A stretch of 59,109 nucleotides of DNA, filler included. It is 2 parts of 2 records of this genome, joined end to end, with 100 filler letters (N's around TTAATTAATTAA, not from the genome) between each part and the next. Parts side by side here need not be neighbours in the genome. Positions count along the whole stretch, not along the records: positions 28,461 to 59,109 come from SRR20825006_396; 1 more part is not named here. One strand, given 5' to 3'. The notes under the pieces were generated by a model that saw only the letters and a program-made list of their open reading frames with translations, made no database searches and was not told the origin of the DNA. A program made the position numbers and the translations under genes. This document shows, piece by piece, positions 51,093 through 59,109 of this stretch (positions within the stretch are counted from its first letter, which is position 1; every line of letters starts with the position of its first letter).

Positions 51093-52595
51093 ATGGAAAC
51101 CAGCGAGACAGTGAGCCTATTGCTTGTCGGTGCCTTCTGCACGGTCCAGATCGCCTATGCCCTCTCGCAATGGCTTGATCTTTATTTCTTCACCCGCCCG
51201 GTCAACTGGGTGGACCCGAATGCGGCGCGCGGCAGGCCCCCGGAAGACTATCCCTATATCGTGCTGTTCTACCCGGTGCTGCGCGAACTCGAATCCACCA
51301 TGCGCACCACATTCCTGAGCCTGGCGCAGCTCGAATATCCCAAGGACAAGTTCAGCGTCGTGGCCATTCCCAATGCCGATGACGCCTTCACCGTGCGCTC
51401 GCTGCGGCGGCTGCAGAAGGAATTCCCCTTCCTCCAGATTATTGAAGTGCCGGCCACTTCGCACAAATCCTGGCTGGTGGTGTGGAAGGCCTGGGATCGC
51501 TGCAAGAAGGCCTATTGGTGGCATGAGGGCAAGTTCGCCCAGAACCGCAATCTGCCGCCCAAGAAGACGCGGCAATTGATCTATGCCTTCTACCAGATCG
51601 CCGAGCGGGTGATGACCACCCAGGACTTCCTGGTCAACTATATCGACGCGGACAGTTGCCCGCCCAGCGACCATTTCCTGGCCGCGGCCGCCGGCATGGG
51701 GCAGTATGACGTGCTCCAGGCGCAGAACATCGCGGGCAATCTCAACGCGAGCTGGGCGGCGAGCTGGCATGCCTTTGACCACATGGCCTGGGACGGCTCG
51801 AAATATCCGCATCTCTCGGCCAATGGGAAACACCCCTATTGGGTGCTGGGCAAAGGGCTGTTCTTCCGCGCCTCGGACCTGATCACGCTGGGCGGCTTCC
51901 ACCCCTGGCTGACGATCGAGGACCCGGAAGTGGGCATGCGCTTCTGGACCAATGGCAAGCGGCTGGGGGTCATTGAAAACCCCTTGATCGAGGAAGTTCC
52001 GCTGACCTTTGCGCATGGCATTACCCAGCGCAAGCGCTGGGTGGCGGGGTTCTTCCAGAGCCTGACCTACCCGCTCAAGGCCATTGGCATGCCCTGGCCG
52101 GCCCGCTTCAAGGCGTGGCTGAATTTCCTGCCATGCCTGTCGCTCTCGCTCAACTCCGTCGGTCTTCCGCTGGGGATCTGGGCCACCTGGTCGGCCTGGA
52201 CCGGACAGAACATATTGCCCGATTGGGCCATCGTGCTGTCCCTGGCCAATCTGGTGGTCTTCACCGCGTCGATGAGCGCGCTTTATGTGCGCACCTGGCG
52301 CCGCGCGGCGCTGGTCCTGCCCAGGCGCAAGGACCGTCTACGCTATCTGTGGCGGGTCAATCCGGTCTTTATCCTGGTGTGGTGGCTGATCTGGCTCGTT
52401 CCGCTCTGGATCGGCTTCCGCATGTTCCTGCGCAATGAGGGCCTGGTATGGGAACGCACCGAGAAGACCGATGCCAACCACGATCTGGTCCGCGTCGCGC
52501 GAACCAAAAAATCGCACGCAACGACCCGCCCCGCTGCCGCCGTCAAATCCAACCAGCCCGCCACCATGGAAGCAGGGGCCGAAAAATCCTCATAA
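51093..52595 (+). CDS. Membrane GT2 glycosyltransferase with a processive-synthase signature
   Basis: N-terminal TM; IDAD (DxD), TIED, QRKRW (QxxRW); C-terminal TMs; WERTEK tail. Confidence 0.85.
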   Translation: METSETVSLLLVGAFCTVQIAYALSQWLDLYFFTRPVNWVDPNAARGRPPEDYPYIVLFYPVLRELESTMRTTFLSLAQLEYPKDKFSVVAIPNADDAFTVRSLRRLQKEFPFLQIIEVPATSHKSWLVVWKAWDRCKKAYWWHEGKFAQNRNLPPKKTRQLIYAFYQIAERVMTTQDFLVNYIDADSCPPSDHFLAAAAGMGQYDVLQAQNIAGNLNASWAASWHAFDHMAWDGSKYPHLSANGKHPYWVLGKGLFFRASDLITLGGFHPWLTIEDPEVGMRFWTNGKRLGVIENPLIEEVPLTFAHGITQRKRWVAGFFQSLTYPLKAIGMPWPARFKAWLNFLPCLSLSLNSVGLPLGIWATWSAWTGQNILPDWAIVLSLANLVVFTASMSALYVRTWRRAALVLPRRKDRLRYLWRVNPVFILVWWLIWLVPLWIGFRMFLRNEGLVWERTEKTDANHDLVRVARTKKSHATTRPAAAVKSNQPATMEAGAEKSS

Positions 52596-52622
52596 GACGC
52601 GTAATGAGTAAGGAGTAACACA

Positions 52623-53762
52623 ATGACGAAAGGACACGTTCTGGTCACCGGGGGTGCCGGCTTTATCGGATCTCATCTGGTGGACATGTTGCTGGCCCGG
52701 GGGTTCGACGTCACCGTCCTCGATTGCCTGCTGGACCAGGTACATGGCGACGCCGAGCGCGATGCCGAGGGTTGGCCGGTCTATCTCAATCCCGCCGCCC
52801 GCCGCATCAAAGGCAATATTCTCGATGACGGCGTGTTCGAGAGCGCCCTTAGCGGCATTACCCATCTGGCCCACCTCGCCGCTTCGGTCGGGGTTGGGCA
52901 GAGCATGACCAATATTGTCGATTACACCCGCAACAACACCATGGCCGCGGCGATCATGCTCGAAGTGCTGTCGCGTACCGAGCACAGCGTCGAGCGCATG
53001 ACGGTGGCCTCATCCATGTCGATCTATGGCGAAGGGCAATATGTCGAGGCCGAGACTGGCCGCCCGGTCATGCCCGATATGCGCGATCACGAACAGTTGC
53101 AGGCTCATCACTGGGAGCTGAACAAGGACGGCGCGACCCTGCTGCCTGTGCCGACCGACGAGAACAAACTGCTCCAGCCCGCCTCGATCTATGCGGTCAA
53201 CAAGCGCGACCATGAGGAGATGTTCCTCTCGGTCGGGCGGGCCCTCAAGATTCCCACCGTGGCGCTCAGGCTGTTCAATGCCTATGGCTCGCGCCAGGCG
53301 CTGAGCAATCCCTATACCGGGGTTGCCGCCATCTTCATTTCACGCCTGCTCAACGACCAGCCACCCATCATCTTCGAGGATGGGGAGCAGAAGCGTGATT
53401 TCGTGCATGTGCTCGATGTGGCCAATGCCTTTGCCACCGTGCTCGAAAGCGATCTGGCGGTGTGGGAAACGTGCAATGTCGGCAGCGGGCAGGCGCGGAC
53501 CGTCAACGAGATTGCGACCACACTGGCTCGGCTGTTGCGCAAGAATATCGCGCCGACCATTCTCAACCAGTACCGGGTCGGGGATATCCGCCATTGCTTT
53601 GCCGATATCAGCAAGCTCGAAAAGCTGTTCGGCATCCGGCCGACGCAGGAGTTCGAGGCGGGGATGGCGCAGTTGATCGAATGGGTGCAGACGGTGAACC
53701 GCCCGCAGGACCGCTCGCAGCAATCGCTGGCCGAGCTGACCCGCAGCCGATTGGTGGTTTGA
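52623..53762 (+). CDS. NAD-dependent nucleotide-sugar epimerase/dehydratase (extended SDR)
   Basis: TGGAGFIGS, ASSMSIYGE, YAVNK (YxxxK), RDFVHV, GDIRH. Confidence 0.88.
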   Translation: MTKGHVLVTGGAGFIGSHLVDMLLARGFDVTVLDCLLDQVHGDAERDAEGWPVYLNPAARRIKGNILDDGVFESALSGITHLAHLAASVGVGQSMTNIVDYTRNNTMAAAIMLEVLSRTEHSVERMTVASSMSIYGEGQYVEAETGRPVMPDMRDHEQLQAHHWELNKDGATLLPVPTDENKLLQPASIYAVNKRDHEEMFLSVGRALKIPTVALRLFNAYGSRQALSNPYTGVAAIFISRLLNDQPPIIFEDGEQKRDFVHVLDVANAFATVLESDLAVWETCNVGSGQARTVNEIATTLARLLRKNIAPTILNQYRVGDIRHCFADISKLEKLFGIRPTQEFEAGMAQLIEWVQTVNRPQDRSQQSLAELTRSRLVV

Positions 53763-53769
53763 GGCGCAG

Positions 53770-54714
53770 TCAGCCCAGCCGGGGGACTTCGGCCAAAAGC
53801 GTCCGCCAACGGGCTCCCTCACCCGCCGTCTGCAATTGAGCGGCGGCCAGGGCGCTGTCGATGGCGGGACGGGACACCGCCAAACCGGGCAATTGCGCGG
53901 TCATGGCCTCGAATATGGCCGGGTGCAGCGTCAGCACACCCCCGATGACCGCAACTGGATGCGCGCCGGCCCGGGCCTGCATGGCCTGGGCAAGCAAGGC
54001 CAGTTCGGCCCCTGCCTGGCGCAAGATCTCAAGCGCCAAATCATCGCCCAGTTCGGCGGCCCTGGCGACACCGACGGCCAGAGCCCCGATGCGCCCCCGG
54101 TCGCCGGCATAGACATATTGGCGCACATCGTGCCAACCCGACCCGCCCACCAGGGCAAAGACCTGATCGGCTAGGATTTGCCGGCTGGCAAACGACCCCG
54201 TGTGATCGAGCGTACGATAGAGCCGGTCGAGCGCCTTGAGCGCAATCCAGCTTCCTGAGCCGGCATCGTCAATGAGAATGCCCCTGCCCCCGACCCTTAC
54301 GACATCGCCGGCCGCGCCGACATGGATGCCGATGGATCCGGTGCCGGCGGAGACCAGATGCCCGGCCCCGGGCTGGAAATGGGCCGCATAGGCCAGAATA
54401 ATGTCATCCATGAGCAGGATGGCATTGCGCGGCAGGCCGAGTGCCTGTTGGGCAAGACCAGCAATCTCATCGGCAGCGGCGGCACCGAAGCCGGTCAGGC
54501 CGCCGGAGAGGGTTTTGGCCGCAAGGCCATTATGAGCGATCTCGTCGGCCAGTTGGGTGAACACTGCGGCGAGCCGGGTACGTTCGGCCGGGTTGAACAC
54601 ATGAGCCGTGGCGCCGCCGAGCTGACCGCGCGCCAGCACGGCGCCCGCCGGATCGCAGGCCACCCAGCGGCTGGCCGTGCCGCCCACGTCGAGCCCGAGA
54701 TGAACCTGGCTCAC
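53770..54714 (-). CDS. BadF/BcrA-family sugar kinase (N-acetylhexosamine kinase-like)
   Basis: LGLDVGGT, SAGTGS, RVGGRG.LIDDAGSG. Confidence 0.8.
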   Translation of the reverse strand: MSQVHLGLDVGGTASRWVACDPAGAVLARGQLGGATAHVFNPAERTRLAAVFTQLADEIAHNGLAAKTLSGGLTGFGAAAADEIAGLAQQALGLPRNAILLMDDIILAYAAHFQPGAGHLVSAGTGSIGIHVGAAGDVVRVGGRGILIDDAGSGSWIALKALDRLYRTLDHTGSFASRQILADQVFALVGGSGWHDVRQYVYAGDRGRIGALAVGVARAAELGDDLALEILRQAGAELALLAQAMQARAGAHPVAVIGGVLTLHPAIFEAMTAQLPGLAVSRPAIDSALAAAQLQTAGEGARWRTLLAEVPRLG

Positions 54715-55376
54715 CTGGGCACGCCCTCTTTGACAAACATGGCGGTGATTTCGCGCGGATTGGTGATCATGGTGCCCACAACAACGGCATGCGCCCCGGC
54801 GGCAAAGGCTTGGGCGACAAGCTCGGGCCGATTGTAGCGCCCTTCGGCTACCACCGGAACATCAAGCCGTGTGGCCAGGGCCTCGAGCAGGGCCAGGTCC
54901 GGCTCTTCCGGCTTGGGCTGGGTCTTTTCGGTATAGCCCGAAAGGGTCGTGGCGACATAATCGGCGCCCCAATCGGCCGCCTTCAAGCCTTCGTCCAGCG
55001 TCGAAACATCGGCAAAAACCTCGGCGCCGATCTCTTCCTGAATGCGCCGAATGAGAACGCTGGGATGTTCGCCATGGCGCGGGCGCTCGGTGCAATCGAG
55101 CGCAACAATCCCTGCGCCTGATGCATAGATCGTGGCAGCGGCCTCGAAATTGGGGGTGATATAGACCGGGACGTCGTCCGCAAACACCTTGTGAATACCG
55201 ATGACCGGCAGCCCGGCCGCCTGTACGGCCGCAACATCCGCGGGACCATTGGCGCGGATGCCCACGGCGCCGCCATCGCGTGCCGCCAGCGCCATGGCGC
55301 CCATGAACCGGGGACCGTGCAATGGATTATCGGCTCGCGCCTGGCAGGAGACGATGAGGCCCGCGGGCAGCTTCAC
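54711..55376 (-). CDS. nanE: N-acetylmannosamine-6-phosphate 2-epimerase
   Basis: GLIVSCQA, GIRAN, PVIGIHK, VYITP, TTLSGYT, AEGRY, VVVGTMITNP; GTG start at 55376. Confidence 0.9.
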   Translation of the reverse strand: MKLPAGLIVSCQARADNPLHGPRFMGAMALAARDGGAVGIRANGPADVAAVQAAGLPVIGIHKVFADDVPVYITPNFEAAATIYASGAGIVALDCTERPRHGEHPSVLIRRIQEEIGAEVFADVSTLDEGLKAADWGADYVATTLSGYTEKTQPKPEEPDLALLEALATRLDVPVVAEGRYNRPELVAQAFAAGAHAVVVGTMITNPREITAMFVKEGVPR

Positions 55377-56245
55377 TTGACGGCCCCGGAGGTCATGCCG
55401 GCGATGAACTGCCGCGACAGGATAATGTAGATCAGGATGATCGGCGCGGCAGACAGGGTCAGGCCCGAAAACAGCACGCCCCAATCGGTGGTGTATTCGC
55501 CCATGAACGTCGTCAGGCCCTGCGGCAGGGTCTTGAGATTATCGTTCTGGATGAAGACCAGCGGGAAGAAGAAGTCGTTCCAGATCGGCACGACATTCTG
55601 GATGCCGGCAATCACCATGGCGGGCCGCACCAATGGCAGCATGATCGACCACATGATGCGCGCTTCGGAGGCGCCGTCCATGCGGGCGGCGTCTTCGAGT
55701 TCATTGGGCAGGGTGCGGATGAAACCGGTCATGATGAAGACCGTCGTGGGCAGGCCCATGGCGGTATAGACGAAAATCAGCGAGAGCTGGTTATTGAGGA
55801 TGGAGAGGTCGCGCATCAGCATGAAGAGCGGAATGATGGCGAGCTTCAATGGCAGGGTCAGCCCGGCCAGGAAGAACATCAGGATGAAGTTCGAGCCGGT
55901 GAAGGCGTAGCGGCCAATGGCATAGGCGGCCATGGTGCCCAGGGTCAGGATCAGCGCCATGGAGGCGCCGGTGACGACAAAGGAATTGAGCAGGTAGCGC
56001 AGGAAATTGGTCTGCGTCCAGATTTTCACGAAATTGCCCACTTGCGTGAAATCGGGAATGCCGAAGGGCGACTGGAAGATCTGCGGCGTGGTCTTGAAGG
56101 CCGAAAACACCATGATGACGATGGGCGCCAGCATAATGATGGTGTTGGCGATCAGGATGATCTGCAACAGCCCGTCGCGACCCAGCGTGCCCAGAATGCC
56201 CCTGCGGTCCTGATAGGCCATGGCGGTCGTGGTCGCGGTGCTCAT
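55373..56245 (-). CDS. Carbohydrate ABC permease
   Basis: ELEDAARMDGAS (EAA loop), WNDFFFPL, ends GAVK. Confidence 0.9.
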   Translation of the reverse strand: MSTATTTAMAYQDRRGILGTLGRDGLLQIILIANTIIMLAPIVIMVFSAFKTTPQIFQSPFGIPDFTQVGNFVKIWTQTNFLRYLLNSFVVTGASMALILTLGTMAAYAIGRYAFTGSNFILMFFLAGLTLPLKLAIIPLFMLMRDLSILNNQLSLIFVYTAMGLPTTVFIMTGFIRTLPNELEDAARMDGASEARIMWSIMLPLVRPAMVIAGIQNVVPIWNDFFFPLVFIQNDNLKTLPQGLTTFMGEYTTDWGVLFSGLTLSAAPIILIYIILSRQFIAGMTSGAVK

Positions 56246-57162
56246 ATCTGAATCTCCCGGGCGCGCAGGCGCACGGTGATGACCGTGGCGATGGCGGCGA
56301 TGAAGAGGAAAATCAGCACGGCCAGGGCCGAACCGAGGCCGAAATCCTGCTGGCCGGCAGACACATTGCCAAAGGCCGTGCGGTAGAAATAGAGCCCCAG
56401 CACATCGGTCGAGCCAAAGGGCGACCCGTCCAGCCCACCCATGATGTAGGGCAGCTCGAACCAGTTGAAGGCGCCCACAAACAGCAGGGTAAACACGATG
56501 GTGGCGCTGGGTGCCACGAGCGGCCAGACGATCTGGGTGATCTTGACCCATTCGCTTTCGGTTTCCATGCGCACGGCGTCGAGGATTTCCCCCGGAATGC
56601 GCTGCATGCCGGCCAGAAAGACCAGGGTGGGGAAGCCCACCATGTGCCAGGCCTGGGCGGCAATGATGCTCCAGAGCGCGGTGCCGCTCTGCCCCAGCCA
56701 GGGTTGCGCCAGCCCGTCGAGCCCGAGGCCCCGGAGGCTGAGGTTCACCACGCCGAACAGCGGGTGATAGAACAGCTTGAACAGATACGCGACGATGATG
56801 GTGGAGAGCACCACGGGCAGAAACACCGCAATGCGGTGGAAGCGAGCACCGGGCAATTCGCGCCAGAGCGCATAGGCCAGGATGAAGCCCAGCCCGTTCT
56901 GCAGCACCATCAGCGCGAAAAAGACAATGATGTTGTTCTTGAAGGCGTTGAGCGTCCAGCTCCGATAGGGCTCGACGAACAGCACGGTGTGGAAATTTTC
57001 AAGGCCCACGAAATCGAGGCGCTTCAGGCCCTGCCAGTCAAAGAAGGCATAGGCGAAGGCCGAAATGATCGGATAGACGATGAACAGCGCCACGAAGGCC
57101 AGTGGCGGCACGATCAGCGCAGTAATCCAGAGGCCGCGGCCTGTCATCCGAAGTTTGGGCAT
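56242..57162 (-). CDS. Carbohydrate ABC permease
   Basis: FVGLENF, FLPVVLS, FLAGMQRIP.EILDA. Confidence 0.9.
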   Translation of the reverse strand: MPKLRMTGRGLWITALIVPPLAFVALFIVYPIISAFAYAFFDWQGLKRLDFVGLENFHTVLFVEPYRSWTLNAFKNNIIVFFALMVLQNGLGFILAYALWRELPGARFHRIAVFLPVVLSTIIVAYLFKLFYHPLFGVVNLSLRGLGLDGLAQPWLGQSGTALWSIIAAQAWHMVGFPTLVFLAGMQRIPGEILDAVRMETESEWVKITQIVWPLVAPSATIVFTLLFVGAFNWFELPYIMGGLDGSPFGSTDVLGLYFYRTAFGNVSAGQQDFGLGSALAVLIFLFIAAIATVITVRLRAREIQI

Positions 57163-57194
57163 TGGGGCTCGCTGTGGCTCTGTTGATCCGGCTT

Positions 57195-57337
57195 CACCCC
57201 ACCCTCATTCCCTCCCCATCGAGGGGCGGGAGGCACAGGGCCGAAACCTTGGTGTTCATCGTCTCCCTTCCCCTTGCAGGGAGGGGTCAAAGGACGGGGG
57301 TGGCAGGGACATGCCACCCCCAAGGCGAAGGGAGACC
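57195..57337. repeat. Cluster of alphaproteobacterial REP-like palindromic elements
   Basis: CACCCCACCC..TCCCTCCCC-ATCGA-GGGGCGGGA and an inverted degenerate copy CCCTTCCCCTTGCAGGGAGGGG..GGGGGTGG between the SBP and permease genes. Confidence 0.6.
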
Positions 57338-57340
57338 GCC

Positions 57341-58582
57341 TTAGTTCTGGAAGGGCTCGTACCAGGCAGCAAGGCCGGTGGTGAGCACTTCACCAATGGC
57401 TTCGGGCGTGGTTTCACCGGCAAACAGCTTCTGCATTTCGCTCTGGATCAGCACCGAGCCGGATGGCTCGCCATAGCGGAAATGCGCCAGCATCAGATAG
57501 GGGATCGAGGACTGATTCAGCTCGGCCACCTCGCCCAGCAGCGGGTTGTCGAAGGTGACGCCCGGCACGGTCGAGATGTTGTTGAGCGTGTTGGCGAAGG
57601 CCTGACCGAATTCCTGGCTGGCCAGGTAGTTGACGAAGGTGATCGCGGCGTCCTTGTTCGGGGTGGCGGCGTTCACCGCATAGCCACCGTCGAAATAGAC
57701 GGCCACCAGCTTTTCGTCCTCGGCAGTTTCACCGGGCGCAGCGAACATGCCCAGCTCGATGTCGGGGTTCTGGGCCATGAAATTGGCCAGCTCGTAGGAG
57801 CCGCCGATGAACATGCCGGCCAGGCCCGAGGAGAAGAGCTGCTGGGCGGAGGGGTAGTCGAGACCGATGAAGCCGTCGGGGAAGTAGTCGGCGGCGACGT
57901 CGGCAACAGCGGCCAGTGCCGAGGTGAAGCGCTCGTCGGTGAAGTCAGCTTCGCCGGCGATCAGTTCCTCGTAGAAGTCCTGACCCATCAGCGAGGAGCC
58001 GAGGCCAAAGGTGACAGTTTCGTTCTGCCAGGCGGTTGCCGTGCCATTGGCGAAAGGAATGACGCCAGCGTCCTTGAGCGACTGGCTCAGGGCTTCCAGA
58101 TCCGCCCAGCTCTGCGGCTCTTCGAGGCCATTGGCATCGAAAATCGCCTTGTTGTAGATGACGAACTGGGTCTGGCTGGCGAAGGGCACAGCATAGATCT
58201 GGCCGTCCGCACGCATGCTTTCGGCCGCCAGCGAGGCCGCGGAGAAATCGGCCAAGGCCGGTACGGTGTCGGTGCTCAGGGGCTCGAGATAGCCGGCCGA
58301 AGCCACGTTCTCGAGGCCACCATAGGCGCGCACCATCGCCAGGTCCGGCCCAGTGCCACCGGCCAGGGCGGTGGACAGAATTGTGTTGTAATTGGTGGCT
58401 TCGAAGGTTTCGAAGTTCACCGTAATACCCGGATTGGCTGCCTCGAACGTCTCGATGAACTGTTCATAGGCCGCGCGGTCTTCCTGGCGCCAGCTCCACA
58501 GGGTCAGGTCCTGGGCGAATGCGGGGGCAGCGACGAGCACGGCTCCCAGGGCCGCGCCGATGCGTATCAGATTGGTCTTCAT
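57341..58582 (-). CDS. Sugar ABC substrate-binding protein
   Basis: Signal peptide (APAFA/Q), FEAANPGITV, GQIYAVP, YNKAIF. Confidence 0.9.
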   Translation of the reverse strand: MKTNLIRIGAALGAVLVAAPAFAQDLTLWSWRQEDRAAYEQFIETFEAANPGITVNFETFEATNYNTILSTALAGGTGPDLAMVRAYGGLENVASAGYLEPLSTDTVPALADFSAASLAAESMRADGQIYAVPFASQTQFVIYNKAIFDANGLEEPQSWADLEALSQSLKDAGVIPFANGTATAWQNETVTFGLGSSLMGQDFYEELIAGEADFTDERFTSALAAVADVAADYFPDGFIGLDYPSAQQLFSSGLAGMFIGGSYELANFMAQNPDIELGMFAAPGETAEDEKLVAVYFDGGYAVNAATPNKDAAITFVNYLASQEFGQAFANTLNNISTVPGVTFDNPLLGEVAELNQSSIPYLMLAHFRYGEPSGSVLIQSEMQKLFAGETTPEAIGEVLTTGLAAWYEPFQN

Positions 58583-58635
58583 GGAGTTCCCTCTCCTTGC
58601 GAGTTCTCTTTGGTGGTCGTGTCCCGGCGCCCGGT

Positions 58636-59109
58636 TCAGGGCGTCAGCCGCCGGCCATCCTCGGCGGAAAAGAAATGCGCGGCGCCCGGCTCGACCGTTA
58701 CGGTCACCGTTTCGTCCGGCGCAAATAGATCATTGGGGGTGGTGCGGGCCGAGAGCAGCGTGCCATCGGCCAGCCGGGCATAAACATAGGCGTTGTCGCC
58801 CAGATATTCGGTATAAACGACCTCGGCAGCAAAGCCCTCGGCCTTGCCGCGGGTGAGGTGCACCGCATCGGGCCGCAAGCCCAGCTTGAGCGCCTTTGCA
58901 TCCGGCACGGCGCCGACAGACACGGCCCCGCCATTGGCGACACCAAGGCGGTCCCCGTCGCGGGTCACATCGACCAGCGTCATGCGCGGCGAGCCGATGA
59001 AGCTGGCAACGAAGGTATTGGCCGGCGTCTCATAGAGTTCACGCGGCGAGCCGACCTGTTCGATACGGCCATTGTTCATCACCACGATCTTGTCGGCCAG
59101 GGTCATGGC
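58636..59109 (-). CDS. Sugar ABC ATPase (MalK-like), C-terminal part, truncated by the window end
   Basis: [36 protein letters not shown] domain. Confidence 0.9.
   Translation of the reverse strand, partial: AMTLADKIVVMNNGRIEQVGSPRELYETPANTFVASFIGSPRMTLVDVTRDGDRLGVANGGAVSVGAVPDAKALKLGLRPDAVHLTRGKAEGFAAEVVYTEYLGDNAYVYARLADGTLLSARTTPNDLFAPDETVTVTVEPGAAHFFSAEDGRRLTP

Noticed and set aside
52623-53762. Calling the SDR a UDP-xylose 4-epimerase (uxe) or galE
   Set aside because: Only generic extended-SDR motifs are recognisable, so specificity cannot be assigned by eye.
36557-53769. Mobile element or genomic island status for the T1SS/glycan locus
   Set aside because: No integrase, transposase, tRNA or flanking direct repeats were seen.

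Overview
The window is two unrelated contigs joined by an artificial spacer (N-run with the six-frame stop linker TTAATTAATTAA, 28361-28460). Contig 1 (1-28360) looks like gammaproteobacterial housekeeping DNA (Alcanivorax/Pseudomonadales-like by gene content; taxon is an inference). It carries gshA, tex, a lone PilH-like regulator, an RND pump pair with a candidate Fur box, ompR/envZ, a structured intergenic region, a CocE/NonD hydrolase, a HExxH/beta-barrel surface protein, ktrAB, ndh and partial pckA. Contig 2 (28461-59109) looks alphaproteobacterial (Hyphomicrobiales/Devosia-like; inference). It has an aromatic-catabolism cluster and an amino-sugar (nanE) uptake cluster flanking a ~17 kb locus (36572-53762), which is the most interesting part. 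That locus contains a type I secretion ABC+MFP pair; two very acidic non-RTX proteins sharing an unrecognised Q-x5-D-x-D / G-x-N-x3-N / V-[GS]-G module (1 copy vs about 5); a divergent pseudo-receiver LuxR regulator; a BTAD regulator; a Tat/lipoprotein GH10 hydrolase; a CBM60-like protein; and a uxs-ugd-GT2(QxxRW)-SDR operon. I hypothesise an extracellular-matrix system: a T1SS-secreted protein fibre plus a xylose-containing, possibly xylan-like, glycan. All assignments come from reading motifs by eye; no database search was run.
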